A DNA stretch of 64,000 bases from a candidate division WWE3 bacterium (GCA_026396615.1 JAPLWK010000008.1:9096-73095); one strand, 5' to 3'; counted from the stretch's first letter, positions 8,944 through 19,516 are shown. A program made the numbers and translations. The notes: generated from the sequence alone by a model not told the origin.

Positions 8944-9378
8944 GTGGCTCACGATACGGTTTTGACCCTGGAACTAAAACATGTAACTTGGTTGAACCTA
9001 ACGTATATATTGGGAAAGCCGCGGTTCCAGTATCGACAGTTCATGCCGTTCGTTACCCAACCGCCACCGGCCCCAGTGATTAATCAAATCTCGGTAACCC
9101 GCGACGGACTGTGGCACGATACTGTTGGTATAGCCAACACCGACTTTGTGGAAGTCCACTTTAGTCAGACCGGAACTTTCAGCTGGGACGCCAATGTCTG
9201 GACCGTTGTAACGCCAACGGTAACACTAAACAACGTTGTCGTACCAGTCCAATGGACATTCGACGTGTTCTACCAGCCAGTCGCGATTCAGAGCTTTAAT
9301 GCTAAAATTGGCGACGTTCTTAGGATTAACATTTCTGGCGCGACGTGGACGAACTTATTCTACAAGTTCACGCCGTAG
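8944..9378 (+). CDS. Hypothetical protein (possibly the C-terminal part of 8578..8916 interrupted by an in-frame stop)
   Basis: Same reading frame as the upstream ORF; no signal peptide of its own; GTG start. Confidence 0.4.
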   Translation: MAHDTVLTLELKHVTWLNLTYILGKPRFQYRQFMPFVTQPPPAPVINQISVTRDGLWHDTVGIANTDFVEVHFSQTGTFSWDANVWTVVTPTVTLNNVVVPVQWTFDVFYQPVAIQSFNAKIGDVLRINISGATWTNLFYKFTP

Positions 9379-9518
9379 CCCAAAAGCCCGAACCGTCTCT
9401 TCTCAACCTTGAGATTAGATTGTTCGGGTTTTGCTATTTGTAACCGATAATCAATGTTAAAAGGCCATTTATCACCATTAAAAGCCACTGCGACAACTAG
9501 AATACCTCTCTATAGCAC

Positions 9519-9547
9519 TTGACATCTTATAGCAATTAGTGTATAAT
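9519..9547 (+). promoter_or_regulatory. Perfect consensus sigma70 promoter (TTGACA-17-TATAAT) placed to give a leaderless mRNA
   Basis: TTGACATCTTATAGCAATTAGTGTATAAT, with the ATG of 9555 only 7 nt after the -10. Confidence 0.55.
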
Positions 9548-9554
9548 ACGACCT

Positions 9555-10925
9555 ATGATTTTAGATAAGCGTGTCTCGATCGTTATTCCGTGCCGTAATG
9601 AAGAGGGCAGTATCGCCCGTATTGTGGGCTCCGCTCTAAAGTACGGCGATGAAGTAATCGTCGTTAGTAACTGCTCTACCGATAACACTGTTGCGATCGC
9701 TACAGCGGCCGGAGCCAAGGTTTTAGTGGATGACCGGACTCTGAATGGTATCGGTTATGGGTTTGCTTTAATGACTGGTATCGCCGCTGCGACTGGCGAC
9801 CTGGTTGCCACTATTGACGGTGACGGTAGTTGCCCAGTAGCTCAGGTTCCAGAGGTCATTAAGTACCTGCAAGATAAACGGCTTGATTTCGTTAACTGTA
9901 CCCGCTTTCCGGTTAAGAATCTCTCGGAAATGCCTCTAATCCGGCAAATCGGGGTTCATGTTTTAAACATTGTCCCGGGAATTCTGTTTGGAAAATTATC
10001 AGCGGATATCTTAAGTGGGATGTGGGTTTTTAAGAAAAGCATCACTGGAAGCCTTAATCTCCGTGAAGGGGATTGGAATCTGTCACCGGAAATTAAGATT
10101 AGCGCCATGACTAACCCAGATATTAAGTACGGAGAGTTTCGAATCAATACTAAAGCGCGGATCGCTGGAAATAGTAAGCAAATTATTTGGAAAACTGGTA
10201 TTACGCACTTAATGTATATCGTAAACAGGCGTTGGAAGGAGGTGAACATCGCCACAAGTATCGCTGTGGCAAAAATTATGAACCAAAAAATTACAAGTTC
10301 AAAGGTGGCAAAAGTTGCAGGTTTAGCTATGGGAATCTTAGTTTTGGCCTTTCTCGCCAACAAGAGTGCCTTTGCAGCTGACTACGGTGGTGGTGTCACT
10401 GGGGCGACTGGGGCTGCTATTAACAAGCAAGTTCTAAATTCCGTCAATGGGAATTGGCAGGACAACGTTGCGGCCTCTGATCATACGTTTGTGACCGGAG
10501 ACTTAGTTAAGTACCGGATATTTTACCGAAATAACGGTAATCAGGACCTAACTAGTGTTAGCATTGTTGACCGGCTTCCCACCGGAATGGTTTGGCAGAG
10601 TGGTGACGGTAACTACGAAAAAGGTGACAATACTGTGACCTTTGACGTTGGAACTTTAAAGGCCGACACCGGTTGGAAAGAAGTCGATTACACGGCCGAA
10701 ATGACTCAAGTAATCACTAAAACGTCCTGTGGTGATCTTACCAACATCGCTATTTTCAAGTCTGGAAGTAACGAGTTGGATCGGGATAGCGCTAGCATTA
10801 ACGCTCGTTGCACCGTGACCACCCCGCGCCTTCCTGAGACAGGTCCTGAGGTAACCTTCGCTATGACTGTGATCAGCTTAGCTTTAGGGGCGGTTGGGGT
10901 AAGTCTGAAGAAGAAATCTGCTTAA
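9555..10925 (+). CDS. Family-2 glycosyltransferase (DPM1-like) fused in frame to a secreted DUF11-like LPETG-anchored surface domain
   Basis: N-terminus SIVIPCRNEE...DGDGS (GT2). An internal signal-peptide-like segment MNQKITSSKVAKVAGLAMGILVLAFLANKSAFAAD begins at 10278. C-terminus LPETG plus hydrophobic stretch plus KKKSA. Confidence 0.6.
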   Translation: MILDKRVSIVIPCRNEEGSIARIVGSALKYGDEVIVVSNCSTDNTVAIATAAGAKVLVDDRTLNGIGYGFALMTGIAAATGDLVATIDGDGSCPVAQVPEVIKYLQDKRLDFVNCTRFPVKNLSEMPLIRQIGVHVLNIVPGILFGKLSADILSGMWVFKKSITGSLNLREGDWNLSPEIKISAMTNPDIKYGEFRINTKARIAGNSKQIIWKTGITHLMYIVNRRWKEVNIATSIAVAKIMNQKITSSKVAKVAGLAMGILVLAFLANKSAFAADYGGGVTGATGAAINKQVLNSVNGNWQDNVAASDHTFVTGDLVKYRIFYRNNGNQDLTSVSIVDRLPTGMVWQSGDGNYEKGDNTVTFDVGTLKADTGWKEVDYTAEMTQVITKTSCGDLTNIAIFKSGSNELDRDSASINARCTVTTPRLPETGPEVTFAMTVISLALGAVGVSLKKKSA

Positions 10926-11011
10926 GATTGAGATCATAAGCCAGAACTGAAAGCAGTCGCCAAACGCGGCTGCTTTTTGTTTTTAGGCGTTTTTAGACTA
11001 GAATAAGATAG

Positions 11012-11758
11012 ATGAAAAAAGACTTGCTCTATTTAGCTCTTCTTAGCATAACGTGCCTCCTAGGACTCGGAGTGGTGCTTAAAAGCCCCTATATCGTCCC
11101 TAAGATCTCTGTTGGACCTTTCTTTGCGGCCTCCTTCCCCTACGACATTTCGCTGTACACGACCGGAATTAAACCGGCTTACTATAAAATTTCACCGTAT
11201 GACGACTTTGTGCTCTTTAAAACTGGAGGGACAGTTCTCCGAAAAGTCATTTCCGGCCCCACCGACATTCGAAATGAGGAATTTATTAAGCAGTCATCCG
11301 GTCTTTACCGGACTTGGGAATTAGTTTCCTCAAAACTCGGGCTCCCCCTTCCAATTATTTATCAGAAATCGCTTGGGGACTACCAGGTTAATTATCGTCT
11401 AGTTCTAAATAGCTCGCTAGAAGAAATTACTATTCACAAAGTTATTAGCGGTTTTTCGGAGCCGGTGTACGGCTTTGGAAATACGTTAATATTTAATAAA
11501 GATGATCGAATTTCTGTGGGAGCTAATTTACAGAATCTTTCTGATATTTCAGCTAGCGCTTCGGGAAAAATGATTCTCTCTAGCCCTGGCTACATTATGA
11601 TTAAGAACCCTCGGGAGCGAGGTTCTATAGGAATACCCGTTTCGCCATTTGATAAAGTAACAATCGACTTTGATTATAAACTACTCGAGGTTACTAGAGC
11701 CTTTCCTGAGCCTCAAAAGGGTGTAGACATTACCTGGGATTTAGATATTTATGATTAA
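11012..11758 (+). CDS. Hypothetical membrane-anchored/secreted protein
   Basis: N-terminal hydrophobic segment; no recognisable domain. Confidence 0.4.
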   Translation: MKKDLLYLALLSITCLLGLGVVLKSPYIVPKISVGPFFAASFPYDISLYTTGIKPAYYKISPYDDFVLFKTGGTVLRKVISGPTDIRNEEFIKQSSGLYRTWELVSSKLGLPLPIIYQKSLGDYQVNYRLVLNSSLEEITIHKVISGFSEPVYGFGNTLIFNKDDRISVGANLQNLSDISASASGKMILSSPGYIMIKNPRERGSIGIPVSPFDKVTIDFDYKLLEVTRAFPEPQKGVDITWDLDIYD

Positions 11759-13586
11759 TTTAGTGCAAAACTTTTTAGCCGCCGTTGGCTTCTTCATGTT
11801 TCCGTTTTTAATCGGAAATGTTTTGACTTTGCCATTCTATAAGTTTCGGCGCAACTGGCTCTTAACAACCAAGTGGGTCGTTGGCGCCTTGTTCATTTTT
11901 AGCTTTTTCTTCGTTTACCAAGCGATCACTAAAGTTACAGGATACGACGCGCTAACGTTTCAAATGGCGACGCGAGTAATCGCCGCCGTCGCTTTAATCT
12001 GCAGTCTATGGCAAATCATAAAATTTAGACCACAGATTCGTAACCTTAATCGCCGTCATTTGGGAATTTTAGTACCAGTGATCATCGGCGTGTCATTGTT
12101 AGCACTATTTATCTGGAGAAGTGACAGCCCCTACCCTAGTACTCTTACCTGGGACTTTTTAGAGCACCAAACGTTGATTAATCATGTCATCAATAATCAA
12201 ATTAACTTCCTAACTTCTAAAATGTCAGCGGCGTTTTTAACTAATAGTTATCCGCCCACTTTCCACGCTTTAGTCGCCTTTACGGAGCTGGTATTTGACG
12301 TGACGGCACCCCAAAGCCAAGGACTATGGTGGATACTGGAGTTTTTGCAAGTCGTCTTAGTAGTAACGACGAGCGCTGCAGTTGCCTACAAATTTACGAA
12401 GCGCTTAAGTATTTCAGTGATAACGGCCATAATCAGCGGCTTAGTCTTTCAAAGTTCTATGAGTTATTTACCCTTCGTGCTCATTCCTCAAACTTTCGCA
12501 GCGGTCCTTGGCATCTACGTTCTAGCCGAACTGTATCACTATTTAACCGAGCCCCACCGAAAAGAGTTGCTGTGGTCACTGCTTCTGCTACTTATGATGA
12601 CTATTCTGATCCACTATGTAATTGGGGCCTTGTCTCTTGTCATCGCCATAAATATGTGGCTAATTTGGCGATGGCAAAGATTTGGGAAGTTTTTGCTGAT
12701 AATTGAGTTGATCACGGGAATCGCTGTTGTCGCTGTTAGTCAAAACCTGGTTAGCTTAAACATTCTGAAGAGTGTTGAAAGCTTTTCGTATCAATACTCA
12801 CTAATTCAAAAATTGACTTTGCTAACCCAGTGGTACGGCTACAGCTTGCCGGTTTTTGGTCTAATTGGACTCTATCTGATAATAAAAAGAACGCACGGGA
12901 TCTTAATCCTAGCCGCTCTCTTACCTTTGATAGTACTAATACTGGCTAACGTGCCATATTCTTTAAAGTTTTTCGCAGTTGGTGGCTTTTTGGTAAATTT
13001 AGTTTTGGCCTCCGGAATTTCGTTTTTTATTGACAGGCTTAAAAAAACTTATTTAAAAATCGCAGCCTTGGCAATTATTATTGTTAGCTTTTTAGTCCTT
13101 CTGATAATAAACGGCTGGGTTTATAAAGATGTTCTTTGGTACCACGGCACCGCTACCCAAATTTCTCCAACCGAAAATGAAGCTGCCGCTTTCTTAAATA
13201 AAAATGTCTGTAATAAAGAAACTATGACAGTCCTCAGCGACCCGGCCACCATGGGAATCCTCGAAGCCTTATCGACTTGCCCCTCGCCTGGCGGCGTTTT
13301 TGCCAGTGACCAAGTCCGGCAGTCATTAATAAGTCTAAACGCCGAATCCACTTGGTCAGCCCAACCAAAAACTTTACTGGCTTTAAGTGGTCGTTTCTTT
13401 AAATGGCGGGCCCTGCCTCGTGATCAAGCGGTTGACGTGACTGTCAACATTTGGGGGCCGACTGATCTAACCGACAACGACAAAGCGTTTATTGAAAAAT
13501 TTAGTACCAATAACCCGCTTCTTTCTGAAATTTTTAGAAACGGCAGTATGGTTATCTTTGCTTCAGCAGCAGCTCGTAAAAACTAG
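11751..13586 (+). CDS. Polytopic integral membrane protein (12 or more transmembrane segments plus a C-terminal soluble domain), possibly GT-C-type glycosyltransferase-like
   Basis: Many hydrophobic helices. Sits in a cluster with GT2, GT4, GtrA and the epimerase. Confidence 0.45.
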   Translation: MINLVQNFLAAVGFFMFPFLIGNVLTLPFYKFRRNWLLTTKWVVGALFIFSFFFVYQAITKVTGYDALTFQMATRVIAAVALICSLWQIIKFRPQIRNLNRRHLGILVPVIIGVSLLALFIWRSDSPYPSTLTWDFLEHQTLINHVINNQINFLTSKMSAAFLTNSYPPTFHALVAFTELVFDVTAPQSQGLWWILEFLQVVLVVTTSAAVAYKFTKRLSISVITAIISGLVFQSSMSYLPFVLIPQTFAAVLGIYVLAELYHYLTEPHRKELLWSLLLLLMMTILIHYVIGALSLVIAINMWLIWRWQRFGKFLLIIELITGIAVVAVSQNLVSLNILKSVESFSYQYSLIQKLTLLTQWYGYSLPVFGLIGLYLIIKRTHGILILAALLPLIVLILANVPYSLKFFAVGGFLVNLVLASGISFFIDRLKKTYLKIAALAIIIVSFLVLLIINGWVYKDVLWYHGTATQISPTENEAAAFLNKNVCNKETMTVLSDPATMGILEALSTCPSPGGVFASDQVRQSLISLNAESTWSAQPKTLLALSGRFFKWRALPRDQAVDVTVNIWGPTDLTDNDKAFIEKFSTNNPLLSEIFRNGSMVIFASAAARKN

Positions 13587-14718
13587 TCGCCGACTTTTCC
13601 CAATCATAGTTAGACTGGACATGAAGTCGTAAATTTCGACCGAATTCGGTCCGCTTAGCAGGATGGGCCAAGAACCAGTTGACAGCCTGATCAAGGTCCG
13701 TTTGGCTACCGGGGGTCACCAGAAGGCCACTGTAGCCGTCCACAATGATCGCAGGGATCGCCCCCACGCGAGAGGCAATAACAGCCAGTCCCGCCGCTCC
13801 GGCCTCCAATACAGTGGTAGGTAGGGTATCGCGCCACGAGGGATTCACAAAAATATCACTAATAGCAAACAGCTGCTTAACTTGAGCGTAATTAAGGTCA
13901 CCAGTTAAAAAAACATGATCACCCATGCCATCGACCTTAATCTTTGCCTGTAATGAAGACTCTAAATCACCACTACCCGCTAAAATAAAATAGACATTCT
14001 TCTGGCTTAGTAAGACCTCTTTGGCTGTTTCGTACACATTTAGTACCCCCTTAAGCCAGGTTAGCCGCCCCAGGAAAGTAATCACAGTGGCCCCAGCCGG
14101 CAGTGTAATTTCTATTTTGGGAATGACCCGCGCCCCCATCCCCAAAGCAGCACTAAAGCTGGCGGCGTCAACACTGTTAGGAATTTCGGCCACTACCTTA
14201 ACCCCCAGGCTCTCCACAAAGGCTTTGTTAACCGCACTTATGGCCACCACACTATCGTAGTGACGTAAACTCCAAGCCCCAATAGTCCTTGCGATCAGCT
14301 TTGACGCTATTGTTACTAACTTTGAGGCGTGCGGGGTGAAGCCAGAGGCGTGCTCAAAGTGCAGGCTTTTAGCCTTGATGAGACGGGCATAAGCCCAAGC
14401 CCACCAAGCGTAATCAAAAAAGAAGACCGAGGAAATTACAAAATCGAAATGAAGCTGGGAAAATTTTAATAAGGCGGGAATTAAGAAGAAAGGATTGGCA
14501 ATCACGAATTGGCCGGGAATAAGTTGGATACACGGGATACGGGTGATATGGAGACCACGATAAATTTCAGAGGGTGCGGCGTGGTCGGTGTTATAGGTGA
14601 GGACGTGAACCTCGGTGTCTGAGTGACTGGCGACAGTACGGGCTAGCAGTTCTTCCAGGTAACGTTCGCTACCGCCGCGATGGGGGTAAAAGAAGGCGTG
14701 AATGGCCAGGATTCGCAT
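13552..14718 (-). CDS. Family-4 glycosyltransferase
   Basis: GT4 C-terminal motif EAGAAGLAVIASRVGAIPAII. Confidence 0.75.
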   Translation of the reverse strand: MRILAIHAFFYPHRGGSERYLEELLARTVASHSDTEVHVLTYNTDHAAPSEIYRGLHITRIPCIQLIPGQFVIANPFFLIPALLKFSQLHFDFVISSVFFFDYAWWAWAYARLIKAKSLHFEHASGFTPHASKLVTIASKLIARTIGAWSLRHYDSVVAISAVNKAFVESLGVKVVAEIPNSVDAASFSAALGMGARVIPKIEITLPAGATVITFLGRLTWLKGVLNVYETAKEVLLSQKNVYFILAGSGDLESSLQAKIKVDGMGDHVFLTGDLNYAQVKQLFAISDIFVNPSWRDTLPTTVLEAGAAGLAVIASRVGAIPAIIVDGYSGLLVTPGSQTDLDQAVNWFLAHPAKRTEFGRNLRLHVQSNYDWEKSATSFYELLLKQR

Positions 14719-14861
14719 GCCTCAATCGTAGCTTAAGAAACGAAAAAGGGCCAGACGAGCTTTGTTTTGTTAAACATTGCTTATCTGGCCCTTGCTAACT
14801 ATTTGATCACGACGAAAAGTGGCCTCATTTGCGCTTTCTTTTCGTCATGATCCTAGATTAT

Positions 14862-15995
14862 CTAACCTTTGCCGGCGAAGTCGAGGTACTTGGGTTGGAC
14901 CCAGTCCTTATCCTGCGCACTCCAACCGACCACTCCAATCTCAACGTCAACGAAACTGGAGTTGTTGAGGTCAAAGCGCAAAATCACCGGCGGCTCGTTG
15001 CAGATCCCATTGTCTTTTGTGGGAGTGCAATGAATGCCAACGCCGTGATTCCCAATTGAAAGATCGGTATCGACGCCCTGTACCTTATCACTTGCGTAAA
15101 GTACCGTCATCTTTACCAATCCCGGACCGCCACCACCGACCCAAGCCACCAATCCCGGTGAATCTTTGGCCGTGTACGACTTCCGATGCGCCTCGTAACC
15201 GGCTGTGTCGCCACGCAACGTCAGCGTGAATACGCCTGTGCCCGAGAAGCGGATCAGTCCGCAATTGGGGGCCAGAACAGTCACGCTGCCCGACTTTGTA
15301 GATTGGAAATCAGTACTCCAAGTACAAGACGGGTCCTGACGCTTATCTGGCCGATTGATGATGTACCACTTCAACCCCGCGGTATCTGTGTACACCACCA
15401 TATCGTACTGACCACTGAAAACGCCATTGTCGACCATCTCGTTCGTCCACGTCGAGTATGACAACGAGTACGGCCCGGCTGCCACAGCTGTCACCGCTGA
15501 TGCGGGTGTCGGCGCAGGCGCTGGCTTTTCTGCCGCAACCGCTGCCGCAATCGTCACCGCCAAATTGGCAATGCCCGCATTTTTAGCCGAGTCCACGACG
15601 TATGCACTAACGTTGAACGTACCAGCGGTGCTGTAGTGGTGAGACAACGACATCGAACCGGAAACAACCGAACGTACCTCTTTCGAACCATCACCGTAAT
15701 CTAATGTCACGGTAAGGGGGCCAGTACCGGTGGACCGCATGTTAACTTGCACGGTACCAACGGGGACCGTGGCTGACATGTCGAATTCCAACGATACTGT
15801 AGGGGCCGCAGGTGCCGGTACCGCCGCTGCTGGCTTGAACACGCCAGGGAACGTCTGCGAAACAAACGTGCCGACGTTACTCGCCAACTCTGGACCATTC
15901 TTTGCGATAGACATTCCAGCTCCTGTAAAGAACAGGCATGCCAAGATTATCGCGACCACGAACAACAGAACTTTCACTGGATCATATCGATTCAT
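14862..15995 (-). CDS. Secreted protein with a PKD-like domain
   Basis: N-terminal transmembrane/signal segment; PKD signature TVTLDYGDGS...HHYSTAGTFNVSAYVVD. Confidence 0.55.
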   Translation of the reverse strand: MNRYDPVKVLLFVVAIILACLFFTGAGMSIAKNGPELASNVGTFVSQTFPGVFKPAAAVPAPAAPTVSLEFDMSATVPVGTVQVNMRSTGTGPLTVTLDYGDGSKEVRSVVSGSMSLSHHYSTAGTFNVSAYVVDSAKNAGIANLAVTIAAAVAAEKPAPAPTPASAVTAVAAGPYSLSYSTWTNEMVDNGVFSGQYDMVVYTDTAGLKWYIINRPDKRQDPSCTWSTDFQSTKSGSVTVLAPNCGLIRFSGTGVFTLTLRGDTAGYEAHRKSYTAKDSPGLVAWVGGGGPGLVKMTVLYASDKVQGVDTDLSIGNHGVGIHCTPTKDNGICNEPPVILRFDLNNSSFVDVEIGVVGWSAQDKDWVQPKYLDFAGKG

Positions 15996-16125
15996 TTTCT
16001 CGTCTCCTATTGAACTTATATTTGTCTATTTGTAACCGTGACGCTATTATAACAGAAAAAGCCCTTATTGTCAAACTACGGGTTACGTAGATTTATATGA
16101 CAATAAGGGCTTGGGAGGCACTAGT

Positions 16126-17418
16126 TCAGCATGTCATTAAATTTGCAGCGCTGATTCCACTGTATTTACCAAGCGTCTCCAAAGCTGCCAGTTCATTTGC
16201 CGAAAGCGTTGGCGGTACTGACTCAACTTTAGTTTCTGTTAAGTTTGCTTCGATTGTTTGAGCAATAACAGCTTCAGGTACATAAATCTCGGGGTCGCTC
16301 TCTTCGACCGTAACTGCTGTTGCTGCAACTACTGGTTCTTCAACGACAGGCATTGGGACTAAAAAAAAGATTGATCCGTCATCTTCGGGGTCGTAGCTTT
16401 TATCACCACGCGCACCTTCAAACCAACTTACATCATCTTTAAATCCCCTTACTACAGCATCAGCCGGCCGCTGTAAAACCTCTAGTAACGACAGTTTGCC
16501 AATCGTCTGAGGCGGTACACGAAAACCATCGCAGGTCATCGCAAGCACTCCAATCGGTCGCATATCCGCTTCCAGAGTTTTTACCAAATTCTTCGAGTCA
16601 TAACCAAGTAATTTTCCCTGAAACGATACATCTTGATCATTACCTCGAAGTCCAATAACCTGTGCTTCACCTTTAGTACTCGGAATCGCCAGTGAACCCA
16701 GATCACTCGTAGCGCCTAAGCATAAACAGCTAAGCTGCATTTCACCGGGCTTTCGAGTCGACATCCGTGCTGTTAACATCTGGCCAGTCGTTCCCCCCAA
16801 AACATTAATGTAATCGGGATTACGATCAACATGCGTCAGCACAAAATCAGCCACCAACGTTTCGTCCATCCACACTAGTCGCGGCGCATTTCGAGCAAGT
16901 ACTTCCGCATACTGTGGGCTACCAGCTGCTCCAATAAGAACCTTCTTACTCTTGCGCTGGATAATTTTTACTCCTTGCGGTTCGTGGCCTTCAGGCAACC
17001 AGATATTGGAATTGCCGTCAGCAATGATCCCGCCAAATGTAATATCGCCAGAAGCGGTGTCTTCCATAACAATCGCCGCTTGGCAATCACCAGGTATATG
17101 ATGTTTACCGACTGCGGGGCGGTAAATCTGAACCACGCGAAACGGCTGTGGTTTTGTAGCATAATCGTATACTGCTACCCAAGCCACACCGCCTGCTAGA
17201 TCTTCCCGAGCTACCGGCCGCTTAAATGAACTAAAGCCGTAACTGGGAACAGTCTTATGCAACTGAAGGGCCGAAATCCCAGCCTCACCAACGTCGAAGT
17301 TAGTGGTGACAGTAAAATCAGGTACCTTCAATATCGATCCATTTCCACGTAATAGCGAGCTGGGAACTTGAATAGTAGTTAATTTACCAGCTTGCTCTTT
17401 CGAACTTTTATCTGCCAT
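16126..17418 (-). CDS. Hypothetical protein (430 aa), co-operonic with the kinase; unrecognised fold
   Basis: Nine-bp gap from the kinase gene; acidic C-terminal tail. Confidence 0.4.
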   Translation of the reverse strand: MADKSSKEQAGKLTTIQVPSSLLRGNGSILKVPDFTVTTNFDVGEAGISALQLHKTVPSYGFSSFKRPVAREDLAGGVAWVAVYDYATKPQPFRVVQIYRPAVGKHHIPGDCQAAIVMEDTASGDITFGGIIADGNSNIWLPEGHEPQGVKIIQRKSKKVLIGAAGSPQYAEVLARNAPRLVWMDETLVADFVLTHVDRNPDYINVLGGTTGQMLTARMSTRKPGEMQLSCLCLGATSDLGSLAIPSTKGEAQVIGLRGNDQDVSFQGKLLGYDSKNLVKTLEADMRPIGVLAMTCDGFRVPPQTIGKLSLLEVLQRPADAVVRGFKDDVSWFEGARGDKSYDPEDDGSIFFLVPMPVVEEPVVAATAVTVEESDPEIYVPEAVIAQTIEANLTETKVESVPPTLSANELAALETLGKYSGISAANLMTC

Positions 17419-17427
17419 TTCTAACTC

Positions 17428-18639
17428 CTACTTGTGAACAGCCTTCAGTGCTCTAGCCGTTAGCCGAGACTGACGCTCACTAATCTTTTCCGAGGCAGCA
17501 CGCTTAGAAGCCTCAAAGGTTGCCATTGCTCCACCCATCACGGCATCCGTAACGATCGTATCAAAGGCTTTAAGATCTAACCAGGGATGTCCGGTTAATT
17601 CACCCTTAGCGTACTCCTCACGAAAATTGCGTAAACGCCCCTCCAAAAGAGTCTCCTCATTAGGAAGGTAATCTACTGTAGCAAAATCCTGACGAGCGCC
17701 TTTGATAATGCTGGAGCCAGAGTCCAGAAGAACAATTTCCCCACTAGACGTAAGTCCGATATTTTCGGGCTTTAAGTCAGCGAAGCAAATGTCTAAAGAA
17801 CCAAGCACTTTAAGCATTGTTTTAACATTCTGCAACTTAGTAATTGGGCAGTGCTGACTAACGTAGTAAGCAATACCACGTAGAATTGTTGCTTGATCTT
17901 CTACTCCTCGGTAGCGGTTCATGTGATCTTCGTAACCTTTAAGCAGCAACTTTTGCAAACTGTTGGGAACAAAGTCCATAACCAAAAACATCCGACCGAT
18001 AAAGTCGCTCAACGGTCCCGAAACCTTGTCGTCAATGATCCCAAAGAACGGGATCTTTGGAAAAACTCGGCACGGAAAGCCAAGTACTGGCCAGCGATTC
18101 GCCACATAACCAACTAAAGTGTTGATATACGAAGCGAGGCCACCTTGGTAATCATTTGGGAGAGTAAGCAACCTACTACCTTGCAATTCCTCCGGAATTG
18201 GCAACCCCCTCTCTTCAAAGGAGTGCCGAACGAGTGTTGTGAACCCACTAAGATTAATTTTACGAAAATCGACATAGGAGCGTTGTAAGCTCTCCAGTTG
18301 ATAATCGCTACCAATCCCCATGTTTTCCAACTGCTCCTGTGCTGTATTGAGTAGCTCCAGTAATGCGTTCCGACCGTAGATCTTGTTGGCCCAACGAGCG
18401 TTAGTGGCCACGATCATTGCCGGTGTAGTTAACGCAAAGAGCTGCTCCTCAAAACTTCCTGTAGGCTTTGGTTGGTGAAAAATCTTAACTGCCACGTCTT
18501 TCCAACCGTTCGGAGAGTTGCAAGAGGAAGCAAAAACCTCACCCTCACCACCAATCCCCAAACGATGCCAACTGCTGAAATTAGGAAGTTTATCAAGTAA
18601 CTCAACCCGTAAACCCAGTTTACGATTTGGATATAGCAT
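17428..18639 (-). CDS. Atypical eukaryote-like Ser/Thr protein kinase domain protein
   Basis: Gly-loop GIGGEGEVF, beta3 Lys in VAVKIF, catalytic loop ADLKPENIG, DSG (DFG-like) in LLDSGSS; an insert of about 150 aa between beta3 and the hinge. Confidence 0.6.
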   Translation of the reverse strand: MLYPNRKLGLRVELLDKLPNFSSWHRLGIGGEGEVFASSCNSPNGWKDVAVKIFHQPKPTGSFEEQLFALTTPAMIVATNARWANKIYGRNALLELLNTAQEQLENMGIGSDYQLESLQRSYVDFRKINLSGFTTLVRHSFEERGLPIPEELQGSRLLTLPNDYQGGLASYINTLVGYVANRWPVLGFPCRVFPKIPFFGIIDDKVSGPLSDFIGRMFLVMDFVPNSLQKLLLKGYEDHMNRYRGVEDQATILRGIAYYVSQHCPITKLQNVKTMLKVLGSLDICFADLKPENIGLTSSGEIVLLDSGSSIIKGARQDFATVDYLPNEETLLEGRLRNFREEYAKGELTGHPWLDLKAFDTIVTDAVMGGAMATFEASKRAASEKISERQSRLTARALKAVHK

Positions 18640-18731
18640 CTATCCTCCTAAAAACAAACAAGGCCAATGGAGAGAGAATTAAATTCTTCTTCATTGGCCT
18701 TAACGTGACTAAGCGATGGGTTTTTAAACCT

Positions 18732-19304
18732 TTAGGCTTCGTCACTCGGTTCGATCACAACGTTCGCAGGCGCGACGACAGGTGCCAAAGCGGGCGCCGT
18801 GGTGGTCGTGGTCGTGGTGGTTGCGGCTGGGGCGATAGGAGCAGCGGGTGCCGGTGCTGGTGCACGTCCACTCATTGCTGCTGCCACCATGCCCATCATT
18901 TGCTGCATCATCAGCTGATTCTGAGCGGCTTGTGCTGCCAAAATCGCCTGGATGTCAACCGATGGTCCGGCTGCCGGGGCTTGCGCTTGCAATCCTGCGA
19001 GTTCAACGCGCATCTGAGCAATGAGCTCGGCGTTGTTCTTCTGCATTTCTGCCTTGTGAGCGTCGTCCAAAGCCTGCACCGGATCGATGTACTTGCTCAA
19101 CATCAACCGTAGTTTGCCCTGATCATCAGCGCCCAAACGAACTTTGGTCGAGGTGAAAATGGCGTTAACTGCTGACTCTTGTGCGGCGGTGAGCAAAACA
19201 CTTACCGCTTTCTGTGCGTCGATGTTAGCTCCAGGCTTAATGCCTGCGTCACGGAGTGCACGCTGAGTAGCCGAAGTATTCTTCTTCAAAAAATCTAATG
19301 CCAT
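18732..19304 (-). CDS. Hypothetical protein with an Ala/Pro/Thr-rich low-complexity C-terminus
   Basis: APAPAPAAPIAPAATTTTTTTTAPALAP tail; first gene of the apparent minus-strand operon 19304->14862. Confidence 0.4.
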   Translation of the reverse strand: MALDFLKKNTSATQRALRDAGIKPGANIDAQKAVSVLLTAAQESAVNAIFTSTKVRLGADDQGKLRLMLSKYIDPVQALDDAHKAEMQKNNAELIAQMRVELAGLQAQAPAAGPSVDIQAILAAQAAQNQLMMQQMMGMVAAAMSGRAPAPAPAAPIAPAATTTTTTTTAPALAPVVAPANVVIEPSDEA

Positions 19305-19480
19305 GATAGAAACCTCCTAGGTTTTTCTGACTGAATTAACTAACAGGTTGCTAGTGCTCCTGTATCCCAATTTAACTCTTAATCGTTATTGATTTTAAGA
19401 ACTAAATCGGGATAAGGAGAAGACTATCGATTTTTGAAGTTTATTTGCCTATTTGCTCGAGACGGTGTCTCAATGGCAAA

Positions 19481-19516
19481 CACTATAACATAGTATCTAT
19501 ATTTTGTCAACTATTG
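19481..19516. promoter_or_regulatory. Direct repeat 1 of a pair of about 35 bp (cactataacatagtatctatattttgtcaactattg)
   Basis: Near-identical partner at 19743..19776. Both carry ATTTTGTCAACTAT; they lie in the 584-bp AT-rich region upstream of the kinase operon. Confidence 0.5.
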
